Virus record (IMG/VR): IMGVR_UViG_3300044712_000568
Location: 102,155 to 166,154 of that record
DNA from: a virus
Taxonomy: Duplodnaviria; Heunggongvirae; Uroviricota; Caudoviricetes
Direction: 5' to 3' (one strand)
Length of the DNA stretch: 64,000 bases
Shown: piece after piece, positions 47,745-58,386 of the stretch
Position numbering within the stretch: position 1 is the stretch's first letter
How the letters are laid out: each line of letters opens with the position of its first letter
Position numbers and translations under genes: made by a program
The notes under the pieces: generated by a model
Seen by the model: only the letters and a program-made list of their open reading frames with translations
Told to the model about the DNA's origin: nothing
The model's database searches: none

Positions 47745-47787
47745 GTAAGTAATTAAATGTAGTTGAATTCAAACATGAGGAAAACGA

Positions 47788-50700
47788 ATGCTTAAGTCTT
47801 CTCTTTTTACCAAGCTTTACGAAGGTGGCGGATCAAATAAGCCAAACCGTAACGAAATTAACGCGATTAAACAACTTGACAAGGAAAAGGCTGAAGGTGG
47901 GCCTAGAAAAGAACCTAAGCCTGTTAAGGTAAAGCAAGGGCGTATGGTAAAGGATTTAGACAAGGCCTACATTGACCAAAAAGCAGTGTATGGTAACTTA
48001 TACTCATTGGATAAGTCTGCTTTAGACACAATGATGGAAGAGCTCTCTGGAAGACCTTTCACATTTGGTGGTCCAGCTGTCTCAAATTTGCTTATTCACT
48101 TAAAGCCAATTTTATTTAATGCAGCTAATCCTCAAGTTATTGATGCAATTACAACCCAAAAAAATCCAGCTTTAAGTGAATTGGGTAGTATTTTAGAATT
48201 TAATGGTCCTATTACATTGGATACAGCAACTGATATTGCTGCACAACTTCAAAATGTTCCAAAATATACCATATCTTCTACATTACCTGAAGTAGATCCA
48301 AATGCATATGCTGCTATTGTAGGTTTAGTTTTTCCATTCGTAGATGCCGCTGTTCTAAATAGAGCTTTAGATGAATTTGAAAGCATCTCTACAACCTTAC
48401 AAAAATATTCGGACGCTTACACTGGATCTCTTGTTAAGTCTATTAATTGGACTTCAGGAGAGACTCCTGACTTTAGCACATTTGGACATATTGCTGATCC
48501 GAATGTAGCAGCCTTTTTGCTTGCCATTAAGACCAATTTAAGACCTACAGATCCAGAAGCAGCTTTACCAGTACCTACTCGTTTGGTAAAGAGATTGATC
48601 GCTTCTGTGCGAGATGTTTCTGTAGCATTTTCAAAGAGTGTTACAGCTAATGTCGCTTCCCAAAAGCATATCAATAATATCACAACTAATATTTATTACT
48701 CTTTATTAACAAGAGCTTTACCATTCAATGCTGACTTGTTTGAAGTAGATCCCACAGAATTAAAGAAATTTTTTGATAATCCACAGGCTACAAGTCCAAC
48801 TAATATTTTAACAGAAAAAGCTGATACACTTATAGCTGCACGTAAAGAATCTATTCAAAGAAATCCTTTCTTATACAAGGGATTAATAGGACTTAATAAT
48901 AGAAATAAACTAGCTTTTGATTATGCTAAGCAGGTATCTTTCAAAAAAGCAAAAGACAAAGCTATTGTGGATAAAACTACAGACAAAGTTGCTACATTAT
49001 TCCCTGATATTTTAAAAAATGTTCCTGGAATGTCTGCACACTTTGATAAGCTTACTGCAATTTTAGATGCCTACTTCCACCCTCCTGAAATCGAATCTAT
49101 GGTTCCAGAAGGTGACACAGAGGTCCCAGTAGAGGTACCAAATACTGTTTCTGAGGCCGTGGAACCAACTGAAGTACCAACCCAGCCAAATAGTGCAGCT
49201 AAGCTCAAACAGGAGCTGGATGCATTTGCTGACGAAGGTATGACAATTCTAGAATCTGAGCTTTCTCCGGAAAATTTATTAGTTATATATAATAAAATCA
49301 ATGTAAATCATCCTGAGATTAAAGAAAAAGACCCAAAACAAATTGTAAATATTTATCTTCAGCCTTTTAGACAGACTATTATAGCAAATCTAGCTATTAT
49401 TAAATCTATTACTCAGCAAGATATCGAAGCAATTTTTAATATCGGTCACTCATTAACTGACTTCCTTTCTGATGCTATTACAAAAAAGAAGGCAAAAGAA
49501 TATCTACAAACCTTTGAATCTTATGATAAGACTAGAGCAGCATCTGGAGATGATGAAGGATATAAATTCCTTCGTCTAACCTCTGATGTTCAGACTATTA
49601 TTTTAGAAGCTAAAAAGAAAATTAAAAAGACTAAAAATACCCCAGAGGAAGAAGAGCCAAAGAAAAAAATCAACCGTTCTGCAGCTCAGTATAAGGGTAT
49701 TAGAGAAGCGCGTAAGAAAATTCTTGCTACTAAGAATTTATTAGAAACTTTACCAGTTAAAGTAAGAAAAATGTTAGTTGATATTAAGAATGCTCTTAAT
49801 AACTCTTTACATGCGTCTTCTTTGGTAGGGTTAGTTTCAGGTTCTGCTAATGAACAAGAACAAGAAGAAATTAATCTATTTATCAATAATTTAGTATATA
49901 AGCTATATACTACCTATTTTACAGGAAATGAAAACAATTTTGGATTATTGGCACTAGATGATTTAGATGCTGATACAATTCAAGAATATGTTATCACTGA
50001 CTTAACAGATAAGGCGTCAAAGGGATACCTAATTGCTAATGGCTCATTAAAGAGCTATGTTGATTATTATGAGGGACTCTCACAAGATCTCATTGATTTT
50101 ATCAATCTAGCAGCATCTTTAAAGATGTCAGAAGATACGCAACCAGTTGAAGTTGATGATAAGGGTAATGTTACTTTCAATTATGATTTAGAAGCGATTT
50201 CTCCAAATGATTCTTTCTTTACTAAACTCTTTTTTGGAGAACTAACCGCAGCCGTATCTGCCGAACCTGTTGTCAGTTTAGCTGCACAACGACTAATTTT
50301 ATCTCGTTTACAAGAACCTCTAACTAAAGTATTTAGTAATATGAGTTTAGAGCAGTTTTTGACTAAAGAAATTGTTAAAGAACAGCCACAATTAGCTCAA
50401 AAACTTGGGCAATACTTAACCAGTCTTCAAACTACAGCATCTTCCGGACTCTCTTCCGCCATTCAAGCAATTGACCAAGATATCTTAGATATTAAGGGCG
50501 GTCAGATTGTTCCTATTCGCAGTAAAGGCCAAATGCTGTCTGTAGCATTACCTGATAAATTGGGAGATGAGTTCGTTAGCAATGTAAACTTTATTGGTAA
50601 AAACGCATTGGATCTTCTGTGGTCAGCATCAACTAGTTCTAAAGTTGATGATGGTAAGCACCATAACTTAAAACTTAATACTACTCAGGATTTCTTCCGC

Positions 50701-52890
50701 CAGTTAATCATTGTTGATAATGCTGGTACAATTTTCCTAGAAGAAATTTTTGATCATGCTTTAAGTATTATTAGCACCGCTATCAATGTGGATATTGCTA
50801 GACAGACTTTCTATGGAGATGCTACCCAAATCTCTGCTGTAATGGGTATGATTAGAAAATATCAGCGTGAAAATAACGTTGAAATGGTCAATTCTATTGA
50901 AGCAGCTAAAGCAAAAGCAGATCAGATAACTTCAGCATTTAAATTTGCTACAGCAAAGAAAATTAAAGGTGCTGACGGTACTCTAATTGCAAAACCAGGA
51001 TCTGGCGCTCAGGGAACTTCTGTTCTTAGCGGCAAAGATAATCATATCGATAATCAATTACTCATTCGAGTATTGCATAAGTTTAATGAGATTATTACAA
51101 CAGACTCTTGGGCAGCAATGGCAATGAAATATGCCGAAAGTGAGTCAAAAGCTAGAGCTGAGGGAACTTATTCCATCTCTGACTATAATGTAATCGTTAA
51201 AAAGCTTGGTATTGCTTTTACCAGAATTGGTGAAGCCGTAACTCTACAAGGTCCAGCAGAAGCTGTTGCCACCCCAGTAACAGAAGCAAATGATCCCAAA
51301 GCCACTGGAGATGCAGCAGCAGACAAGATGGAACAGCTGCTTGCAGCCCAGGCATCAGGAACTGCTCCAATTCAAGCTGGTACTAGAGGAGCAAGTGCTA
51401 ACACTCGAGTACTAAAAGCAATTGTTAAAGACATGGAAAAGCGTATTTATGGCTTTGAAACAACTAACCTTAATAAAGGTCAGCGTCATGGCCAGCAAGT
51501 TAAGCTTGTTACATCTTATCGTGATATGTTTGCAAAGAGTAAAAGATCCATGGATCGAGCTACCGATATTTTGGGAGCCTTCTTTACAAGCACAAATAAT
51601 AAAGCCGGTGCAATTGAATTGGTAAAAACTGTCGAGACAGTTGAAGTTAACTTTGCGATTTTAGAAGAGTTTTTCTCTATTATCTCAGGAAAGCATGTCC
51701 ATCAAGAAAAAGAAACTTTAGAAAAAGATGTATTAGCTAGTGATGTATCTGGAAATTATATTGCGAATGTTCCAGTACAGAAACGTTTAATGGAAACTTT
51801 ACAGAAACTTCAGCCTGTTGTTTTATCTCAGACATTTGAAGATGTTTTCATTAACACTCCAAGTCCTAATACTCCTCAATTTGCTAATAAATTAACAGCA
51901 GCTTTCTCAAGAACTCCTGGATTATCAGCATTCTATGAGTTACTAAAGTCCGGTCAGAATTTTGATCAAATTAAGCAGGGTGTTGCAGAACTTCTTATGG
52001 CTATTGCAACAGCAGATCCAGCAACTAAGGCTGAGCTGCTTAGTTTTGCTGATTTGAGAGATTTAGATCCAGCAGAAGAGTATTCTAAGTTAGAAAAACC
52101 AAAGAAAGCTGAACAAGCAGCAAATAAAACTTCTACTTTCTTATCATATATTACAACTAAACCATTATCTGCCCATGAAATTGGTAGTGGAGAATATCTT
52201 TCTAGACTTGCTACATTATTAGATCCTGCAACTTATATTGTTGCAACTCCAGAAGAAGCTAAAAAATTAAAATTAGAAGCTCAGAAATTAGTAGCAGCTA
52301 ATAAAAATCCAGAATTATTTACTTATCTACAGGCTCAACTCGCTAGGGGTATTGTGAATAAAATTTCCGGTGCTCCAATTAAGTCTTTAATGGATGTCAA
52401 ATCCTTATATGAATCTAAATTAGCCTTAGCTTTGGCTCTATTAGAAGCAGATGAGGCATTACCAAGTAAACTAAGACCAGAAGAAACTCCAGAAGAACTC
52501 GCTGCTAAGGCAAGAACTTCAGAAAATGCTAAAGCTTTAACAGAAGAGCCCTATAAGGTGATTGCAGCTGTATTAGCTAAGCGTGGTATTACAGTAAATG
52601 AACAGGGTCAATTGGTATTTGCTAACACGAATAAGCCTTATTTGTGGGAAGATTGGAATCCTGCTTATTGGATTCTATTCAAAGCCGATTCAGAATTAGC
52701 TGCACATGCTTCAGTAGCCCATAGAATTTTTGAAAACCACGATACTATGGAATTCTTCTTAGGAAATGGCCGTTACGAACATGCTGAAATGATTAAATTC
52801 AGCGAAATCAAGCAATTAGTAGACACTTACTACCACCCTGAAGAATTAAATACAGAGTCTACTAATGAATCAGAGTCGCCAAACGCCTAA
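47788..52890 (+). CDS. Giant hypothetical protein (1700 aa), possible internal head protein
   Basis: GAGG SD, upstream TAATTAAATGT, helical and charged, no catalytic motif recognised. Confidence 0.6.
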   Translation: MLKSSLFTKLYEGGGSNKPNRNEINAIKQLDKEKAEGGPRKEPKPVKVKQGRMVKDLDKAYIDQKAVYGNLYSLDKSALDTMMEELSGRPFTFGGPAVSNLLIHLKPILFNAANPQVIDAITTQKNPALSELGSILEFNGPITLDTATDIAAQLQNVPKYTISSTLPEVDPNAYAAIVGLVFPFVDAAVLNRALDEFESISTTLQKYSDAYTGSLVKSINWTSGETPDFSTFGHIADPNVAAFLLAIKTNLRPTDPEAALPVPTRLVKRLIASVRDVSVAFSKSVTANVASQKHINNITTNIYYSLLTRALPFNADLFEVDPTELKKFFDNPQATSPTNILTEKADTLIAARKESIQRNPFLYKGLIGLNNRNKLAFDYAKQVSFKKAKDKAIVDKTTDKVATLFPDILKNVPGMSAHFDKLTAILDAYFHPPEIESMVPEGDTEVPVEVPNTVSEAVEPTEVPTQPNSAAKLKQELDAFADEGMTILESELSPENLLVIYNKINVNHPEIKEKDPKQIVNIYLQPFRQTIIANLAIIKSITQQDIEAIFNIGHSLTDFLSDAITKKKAKEYLQTFESYDKTRAASGDDEGYKFLRLTSDVQTIILEAKKKIKKTKNTPEEEEPKKKINRSAAQYKGIREARKKILATKNLLETLPVKVRKMLVDIKNALNNSLHASSLVGLVSGSANEQEQEEINLFINNLVYKLYTTYFTGNENNFGLLALDDLDADTIQEYVITDLTDKASKGYLIANGSLKSYVDYYEGLSQDLIDFINLAASLKMSEDTQPVEVDDKGNVTFNYDLEAISPNDSFFTKLFFGELTAAVSAEPVVSLAAQRLILSRLQEPLTKVFSNMSLEQFLTKEIVKEQPQLAQKLGQYLTSLQTTASSGLSSAIQAIDQDILDIKGGQIVPIRSKGQMLSVALPDKLGDEFVSNVNFIGKNALDLLWSASTSSKVDDGKHHNLKLNTTQDFFRQLIIVDNAGTIFLEEIFDHALSIISTAINVDIARQTFYGDATQISAVMGMIRKYQRENNVEMVNSIEAAKAKADQITSAFKFATAKKIKGADGTLIAKPGSGAQGTSVLSGKDNHIDNQLLIRVLHKFNEIITTDSWAAMAMKYAESESKARAEGTYSISDYNVIVKKLGIAFTRIGEAVTLQGPAEAVATPVTEANDPKATGDAAADKMEQLLAAQASGTAPIQAGTRGASANTRVLKAIVKDMEKRIYGFETTNLNKGQRHGQQVKLVTSYRDMFAKSKRSMDRATDILGAFFTSTNNKAGAIELVKTVETVEVNFAILEEFFSIISGKHVHQEKETLEKDVLASDVSGNYIANVPVQKRLMETLQKLQPVVLSQTFEDVFINTPSPNTPQFANKLTAAFSRTPGLSAFYELLKSGQNFDQIKQGVAELLMAIATADPATKAELLSFADLRDLDPAEEYSKLEKPKKAEQAANKTSTFLSYITTKPLSAHEIGSGEYLSRLATLLDPATYIVATPEEAKKLKLEAQKLVAANKNPELFTYLQAQLARGIVNKISGAPIKSLMDVKSLYESKLALALALLEADEALPSKLRPEETPEELAAKARTSENAKALTEEPYKVIAAVLAKRGITVNEQGQLVFANTNKPYLWEDWNPAYWILFKADSELAAHASVAHRIFENHDTMEFFLGNGRYEHAEMIKFSEIKQLVDTYYHPEELNTESTNESESPNA

Positions 52891-54856
52891 AAAAATTGAT
52901 ATGGAAGCCTTGATAGCTCGATTGGAAAATATCGAGCTATCTGAGACTTTTAAGGATGAGTATTTTCAAAATACTACATTGCCTATTTTAAAAGATACTA
53001 GTATCATGAAAAAGTTTGGTCAGCTTTCACAAGCTGAGCAAGATAGAATGGTTCAAGATGCTTTTAATTCTGGAGATGTTAATAATCCAGCAAAGTGGGC
53101 TCAATTATTATATGGGTCTATTTTAAGTAATAGAGTTAGATTAAGCACATTTCTATCAAAAGCCGGTGGAGATATTCAAGCACAAGAAGCATTTTATTCT
53201 AACTATAAGATTATGAAACCTCTTTTAGAAGCTCAAATTGATGTCACAGTTGGTGATAGAAGCGATCAATTTTTGTTTTTAAAAGATCCTACCGAAATGC
53301 GAGCTTATGTAAAGACGGATGTTGATAGAAATATGTATATTTCTGGAACAGAGTCTGGACAATATAAAGATTATCTACAGAGCTCAAGTAATCCGAAGTC
53401 AATGGAAGGCAAAAAAGCTAAATCTTTTGCCACATCTATAGTGAATCAAGTAAAAGCAGCTGCCATTTCAGACATGGAAAAGGTGTTTAAAGGCAAAGCT
53501 GAATTAGATGCTTTAGCTGCATTTAAAGCACACCCAGGAATTTATGCGGTCTTATTAGATTCTATTACCTTGGCTTTGATTGATCTTCTTAATCAAGGAA
53601 CTTATTCAGCAAATTACGGAACAACTACTTTTAAAGCTGCTCAAGCTTTATTAGGAAATAATCTATTAGCAGATCAACCAATTGGATATAAATCTCTTAC
53701 CAACATGAATCCAGAAGCTGCTGCTGATATTGAAGCTAAATTAACAGCCGCAATGGGTCAAATAAATCCATATATGGTAGATGTTCGTAAAATGCATACC
53801 GCATTTGTTAAGGCTAGAAGTTCTCAGAATCTTTATACAACTGCTATTAATACTATGGTATCATCATTTTCTAACCTAGTATCAGCTGTAGGTAAGACAT
53901 TAGGAACAACTAAATTCGACTTTGACGATTTATTAATAAGTCCAGTTGAAGAAAAACCAGAACAGTTACTTACTCTTACTAAATTACATGAAATTTATGG
54001 CGCTGCAACTATGGGATCCGATTATTTAATCAATCCTTTTATGCGAATTGTAACGAAGGAAATGAGATTATCTAACTCTGTTGGCTTTGCTATTATTACC
54101 GATTCGGCTAGGGGAGTGTCGTTTGAAAAAGATGCTTCATCTGGTGGTAAACTTACAGCAAAACCTATTCTAAAAGATTCTAAGGGTGCATTTATAGCAG
54201 AAGATGCTCATAGACATATTTTAAACGAAGTTTTAAAACAATATGGAACTATTTCTCCAGCTTTATATACCAGAGTATTAAGTAGTATTGAAACAAAAGC
54301 TGACTCTCAGGCAAATACTTTCCAGGGAGGAAGTAAAACCACAAAAGATCAATTATTAAATGTTCTTGAAAGTCTATTCAATCCATCTACACACCAATTA
54401 GAGACGGGTAAAGTATTATTCGCCCTTGTTCCTAAAGTATTATTAGAAGGTGCATTAATCGGATTAAAAACTACAGACGAACTTGTCACCATTCCAGGTG
54501 CTGTATTAGAACCAACTAGACAAACAGATAGTAATTCCGCCGAAATTTATAGTAAACTTCGTCCAATGATGGATATTTACTTAGAGTATATGAATTTACT
54601 TTTAAATTTTAATACTGATAAAGCGGTATTATTAAATTTACCTACAAAATTTGCATATTTGGTTCAGAATCTTTACCAAGGAGTATGGACTCACGACAGT
54701 TTAACAGACGGTGGCTTTGGTATTGCTTCAGTAATAGCTAACAATGTACGCGGAGAAATTTCACTCAACTCTGAAGTATTAATTAGCTCAGATGACATGA
54801 ATTCTATTAGAAGAGAAGGCATGACTAGATTCCAGAATAAAGAAAGAGTATTATAA
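52865..54856 (+). CDS. Hypothetical protein (663 aa)
   Basis: Long ORF with native codon usage; start could be 52901. Confidence 0.6.
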   Translation: MNQSRQTPKKIDMEALIARLENIELSETFKDEYFQNTTLPILKDTSIMKKFGQLSQAEQDRMVQDAFNSGDVNNPAKWAQLLYGSILSNRVRLSTFLSKAGGDIQAQEAFYSNYKIMKPLLEAQIDVTVGDRSDQFLFLKDPTEMRAYVKTDVDRNMYISGTESGQYKDYLQSSSNPKSMEGKKAKSFATSIVNQVKAAAISDMEKVFKGKAELDALAAFKAHPGIYAVLLDSITLALIDLLNQGTYSANYGTTTFKAAQALLGNNLLADQPIGYKSLTNMNPEAAADIEAKLTAAMGQINPYMVDVRKMHTAFVKARSSQNLYTTAINTMVSSFSNLVSAVGKTLGTTKFDFDDLLISPVEEKPEQLLTLTKLHEIYGAATMGSDYLINPFMRIVTKEMRLSNSVGFAIITDSARGVSFEKDASSGGKLTAKPILKDSKGAFIAEDAHRHILNEVLKQYGTISPALYTRVLSSIETKADSQANTFQGGSKTTKDQLLNVLESLFNPSTHQLETGKVLFALVPKVLLEGALIGLKTTDELVTIPGAVLEPTRQTDSNSAEIYSKLRPMMDIYLEYMNLLLNFNTDKAVLLNLPTKFAYLVQNLYQGVWTHDSLTDGGFGIASVIANNVRGEISLNSEVLISSDDMNSIRREGMTRFQNKERVL

Positions 54857-55278
54857 TGCCTTTACCAAGTGATCCAATAGTTCCTACAACATCGGCTCCA
54901 GCGGTAGCTCCACCTGTTCCGACTTCTACAGAAGTTCAAACACAGCCACAAGAACCAGTTCAGACGCAACCCGAACAAGAACACTCCGATTTCTCTCCGT
55001 CTCCTGTCGATCTAATGTATATGATGGCATGTTATTGCTATATCAATGCATCTAAGATTGGATATCAGGCATTAAAAGAGCTAAATCCAAGTTTTGTAGT
55101 AGTAAACAGCTTAAAAAATCCAGAAATTTTAAGCGCAGTAAATGCTGGAAGTGAAGAAATCGCTAAAATTGATAGCGGCGAACAAGCTATTGAGGCAGGC
55201 ATAGGTACTGCCGATACTCCTAATGATGCCTCAACGGCACCGGGAGTACCTAGTGATAACACAAGACTCAATCCATAA
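54856..55278 (+). CDS. Hypothetical Pro/Thr-rich protein
   Basis: 140 aa, TAATG-coupled. Confidence 0.55.
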   Translation: MPLPSDPIVPTTSAPAVAPPVPTSTEVQTQPQEPVQTQPEQEHSDFSPSPVDLMYMMACYCYINASKIGYQALKELNPSFVVVNSLKNPEILSAVNAGSEEIAKIDSGEQAIEAGIGTADTPNDASTAPGVPSDNTRLNP

Positions 55279-56656
55279 TATTGAATCGTCTTTGAAATAT
55301 TCCATAAAGGAATATTTTCCTTTAAAAGATAAGATTCTTTTATATGATGCATTAGTATTTTGCTCTTTAGTGTCTCAGACAAAGATGTTTTGTCTAGATT
55401 CGGATATTATTGCATTTAAAACATTACGCGATAATTGCCTAAAACTAGAAATTCCATTGGAATCTTATCTAAGTTGTGCATATAATTATATTTCTAAATA
55501 TTGTAAACCTGGACATAGGCTAGGCTTAGGTTATTTTTTAAACGATGCTGTAGTTGAGTATTGTGCTACTAAAATGGATGACTCTAACGGAGGTTCTCTC
55601 TTAGTAGAAATTATTAAAGATGACCTTTTAACTACAGAAAAACTTATTAGAACTACCATGACTGAGTATGAGATTACTTATGAAATGGCTTTTGCTAACC
55701 TTTTAAAAAAGAAAAGGCTCAGTTCTTATTTTTTAGCGTATAAAAAGTTTTGTGGTTCTTCTTTGGTAAGTTGGTATAATTCTTCATATATCAACAACTT
55801 AATAGAGGTATTAGAACCATTCTTTACCTATATTCTGGCCAAAAATCATATTTATACTCCATATAAAGTATCAAATTGGAATAATTCTAAAATAGAAGAT
55901 TTTTCTTTCTGTCCAATTTACTTTAAAGATCGTTATATTACTAATGAACTAGTAGAAAATGGTCTGGGAAATGAGGCTACGCAGCAAGGAACTGCTGTGC
56001 ATTTAGTGTTTGAAGAAATTATTGGTCGTTATAAAACTAATAAAAAGAAAGATTTAAAAGCTATTGCTGAACGTTATTTTAAATCCAAGGCTTTCAAAGA
56101 GGTCGAAGAATTTATTTCTGAGCATGTTCCGTCAATCAAAGAAATGTTTTTAAATGAAAACTCTTTTATTCACTTAGTATTAACTCCAGATACTGAAATT
56201 TTGCTAGAACATACTATGTTTGCTAAAATTGATGGTGTTTCTTTTACCGGAACGGCTGATTTGATTCTAGTGAATGGCACTAAAGCTCATATCTTAGATT
56301 ATAAAACTTCAAAGCTAGACCCAAAATATTTACCAAAAAATAATAAGAAATATGCTAAACAGCTTAGTTTATATGCTAAATTATTTCAAACTACTAGACC
56401 AGAAATAACTGAATTAGAAGCCACAGTAATTTATACCAGAGGCTTAATTGCTCCTCTTGATATTAATCCTAATATTCATGTAGAACGTGCTAGAGATATC
56501 GACCATATCAAGAAAAGTCTTCGTTCTGGGGTATTAATTGCAAATGAGCAAAGTTGTTTCTTATGTCGACACCCAAACTGTAAATTTAGAAAGCGCGAAA
56601 GCATTTGGGCTGAAGATGGTACGCGGAAAAATAAGGAATTAAATAAAGAGGTATGA
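55223..56656 (+). CDS. PD-(D/E)XK nuclease, Cas4/RecB-like, with N-terminal extension
   Basis: FCP...GTAVHLVFE...LLEH...GTADLI...ILDYKTS...QLSLYA...CFLCRHPNC (Fe-S-type Cys set). Confidence 0.85.
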   Translation: MMPQRHREYLVITQDSIHNIESSLKYSIKEYFPLKDKILLYDALVFCSLVSQTKMFCLDSDIIAFKTLRDNCLKLEIPLESYLSCAYNYISKYCKPGHRLGLGYFLNDAVVEYCATKMDDSNGGSLLVEIIKDDLLTTEKLIRTTMTEYEITYEMAFANLLKKKRLSSYFLAYKKFCGSSLVSWYNSSYINNLIEVLEPFFTYILAKNHIYTPYKVSNWNNSKIEDFSFCPIYFKDRYITNELVENGLGNEATQQGTAVHLVFEEIIGRYKTNKKKDLKAIAERYFKSKAFKEVEEFISEHVPSIKEMFLNENSFIHLVLTPDTEILLEHTMFAKIDGVSFTGTADLILVNGTKAHILDYKTSKLDPKYLPKNNKKYAKQLSLYAKLFQTTRPEITELEATVIYTRGLIAPLDINPNIHVERARDIDHIKKSLRSGVLIANEQSCFLCRHPNCKFRKRESIWAEDGTRKNKELNKEV

Positions 56657-56659
56657 TAC

Positions 56660-57271
56660 ATGTTATCAATTAGACAACTTTTAACCGAAGCACCTGAGGA
56701 AGTTACGCTTGCAAAACAGCCAGTATCCGCTGCTCCTACCGCACCTGAAGGCGCTAAAATGAGTCCAACAGATTTTGCAGCTCCTGCTCCAACCGCTGGT
56801 GGCAGTGCTGGATTAGCTCCGCTCCCAGGCATTAATGCGGGACAGGCAGGACCTTCCACTTTGAACAAAGAAATTTTAAACAAGCAATTGCTGCTTTCAA
56901 ATTTGATTGTACTTAAAAATATTGTTGCAACTTTTGAGAAGCAATTTGAAGGCGAAGATTTTAGTATTGATGATGCTAAAGTATATATCCATAGTTTCTT
57001 ACAGAATTTAGCCACTCAAGCAGACAATATTGCCGGAATTATTGGCGAAGAAATGGGAGAAGGTGGCCCAGCCATGGAAGCTCCAGTAGAGATGCCAGCG
57101 GCTGAAACTATCCCAGAACCTCCTGCTCCAGTCGAAGCTCCAGTAGAAACTGGAGAAATTGATTTGACCGGTGGAAGTGAGCCTCCAATTGGAGGAGCTC
57201 CTACTGGAGAATTGAGTGAGCCTGTTCCATTCGAGCCATCACCATTTACTAATCCAACTGAGGCAATTTAA
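56660..57271 (+). CDS. Acidic Pro/Ala-rich hypothetical protein
   Basis: AGAGGT SD; begins MLSIRQLLTEA. Confidence 0.6.
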   Translation: MLSIRQLLTEAPEEVTLAKQPVSAAPTAPEGAKMSPTDFAAPAPTAGGSAGLAPLPGINAGQAGPSTLNKEILNKQLLLSNLIVLKNIVATFEKQFEGEDFSIDDAKVYIHSFLQNLATQADNIAGIIGEEMGEGGPAMEAPVEMPAAETIPEPPAPVEAPVETGEIDLTGGSEPPIGGAPTGELSEPVPFEPSPFTNPTEAI

Positions 57272-57546
57272 TGTCTAATTATGTCACTAAATTCAGTTTA
57301 AATGATACTGCATATATAGTAGATAAAGATACTGTAAATGTTATTCCAGCTGTTATAATTGCAATTAATGTAGCTGAAAATTTAATGGCACCCGCTAAAA
57401 TTTCATATCAAGTTAGATATGTTTCAGACTATGCTGGAAGATCTCAGTATGCTGAATCTGATCTTTACTTTGTAGCAGAAGCAAAGGCTGCAGTTATTCA
57501 GTTACTCTCTGAAAGATCTGCAGAAATAGCTAACTTAGGAAATTAA
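57271..57546 (+). CDS. Small beta-barrel-like protein, paralogue 1
   Basis: VTKFSLNDTAY...PAVI...YQV...AKA. Confidence 0.6.
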   Translation: MSNYVTKFSLNDTAYIVDKDTVNVIPAVIIAINVAENLMAPAKISYQVRYVSDYAGRSQYAESDLYFVAEAKAAVIQLLSERSAEIANLGN

Positions 57547-57547
57547 T

Positions 57548-57808
57548 ATGAATATTGTTACAAAATTTTCAGTTGGCGATAAAGCTTACTTTTCTTTATT
57601 TGCTACAGCTATGATATATCCAGTACAAATTAAACGAGTTTATCTAAGAAATAATGAAGTTATTTATGATGTTATTCGTACAGATAAAAGTTTCGTTATT
57701 ACTGGAGTAAAAGAGACTGAGATTGGAAGTTTTGTAGAAGCTAAAGCTATATTAGTAGCTTATTTAACAGCTAAATTGAATGAAATTACAAATTTGGTGG
57801 CTCCATAA
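57548..57808 (+). CDS. Small beta-barrel-like protein, paralogue 2
   Basis: VTKFSVGDKAY...PVQI...YDV...AKA. Confidence 0.6.
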   Translation: MNIVTKFSVGDKAYFSLFATAMIYPVQIKRVYLRNNEVIYDVIRTDKSFVITGVKETEIGSFVEAKAILVAYLTAKLNEITNLVAP

Positions 57809-58386
57809 TGACTTTATATAGTAAGCTTTTTACATTTTCATTGCGCGAAGAGGCGGAAAAGCCTGCTTCAGAACAGCCACAAATGCCAGCTGCACCAGCA
57901 GGTCCAGAACCAGATGCTGATGGTCTTATCTCTCCATATACTCTACCAAGAAAAGATATTACAGCATTAGCTATTGATGAATTAGAATCCCAAAGTAGAA
58001 TGCTAGGATTTAATATTTCTACTGTATATGCAAAATGCGCTCCAAGTATTGACTTAGTTAAGCGTATTGACACAGCGGGATATACTGAATTCAAAAGTCG
58101 TATTATCGATACCATGGATCTTAATAATATTTTATCAGATAATGAAACAATTAAAGATCATTTGGCTGATATTTTTACATGGGCTTATGCCAAATGCGAG
58201 GGCCCCGATCTATTTTTAGTATATTCAAATAAAAAAACCGTAGAACAAACAGCAAGAGCTATCTTTAGTGTTTCTACCAAAGCTGGATTAAGAATTCCAG
58301 CTGGAAAAATAAAAGATTTATTGATCAACGTATTAGAAAAAGTATTACAAAAGCCAGAAAAGAGCAGTTCAAATGGATCTGACTAA
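57808..58386 (+). CDS. Hypothetical protein
   Basis: 192 aa, TAATG-coupled. Confidence 0.6.
   Translation: MTLYSKLFTFSLREEAEKPASEQPQMPAAPAGPEPDADGLISPYTLPRKDITALAIDELESQSRMLGFNISTVYAKCAPSIDLVKRIDTAGYTEFKSRIIDTMDLNNILSDNETIKDHLADIFTWAYAKCEGPDLFLVYSNKKTVEQTARAIFSVSTKAGLRIPAGKIKDLLINVLEKVLQKPEKSSSNGSD

Noticed and set aside
47788-54856. Virion RNA polymerase subunits in the giant ORFs
   Set aside because: No NADFDGD/DFDGD-type catalytic motif or other RNAP signature was found by eye.
55223-56656. CRISPR-Cas locus because of the Cas4-like nuclease
   Set aside because: No repeat-spacer array or other cas genes were seen; solo Cas4/RecB-like nucleases are common in phages.
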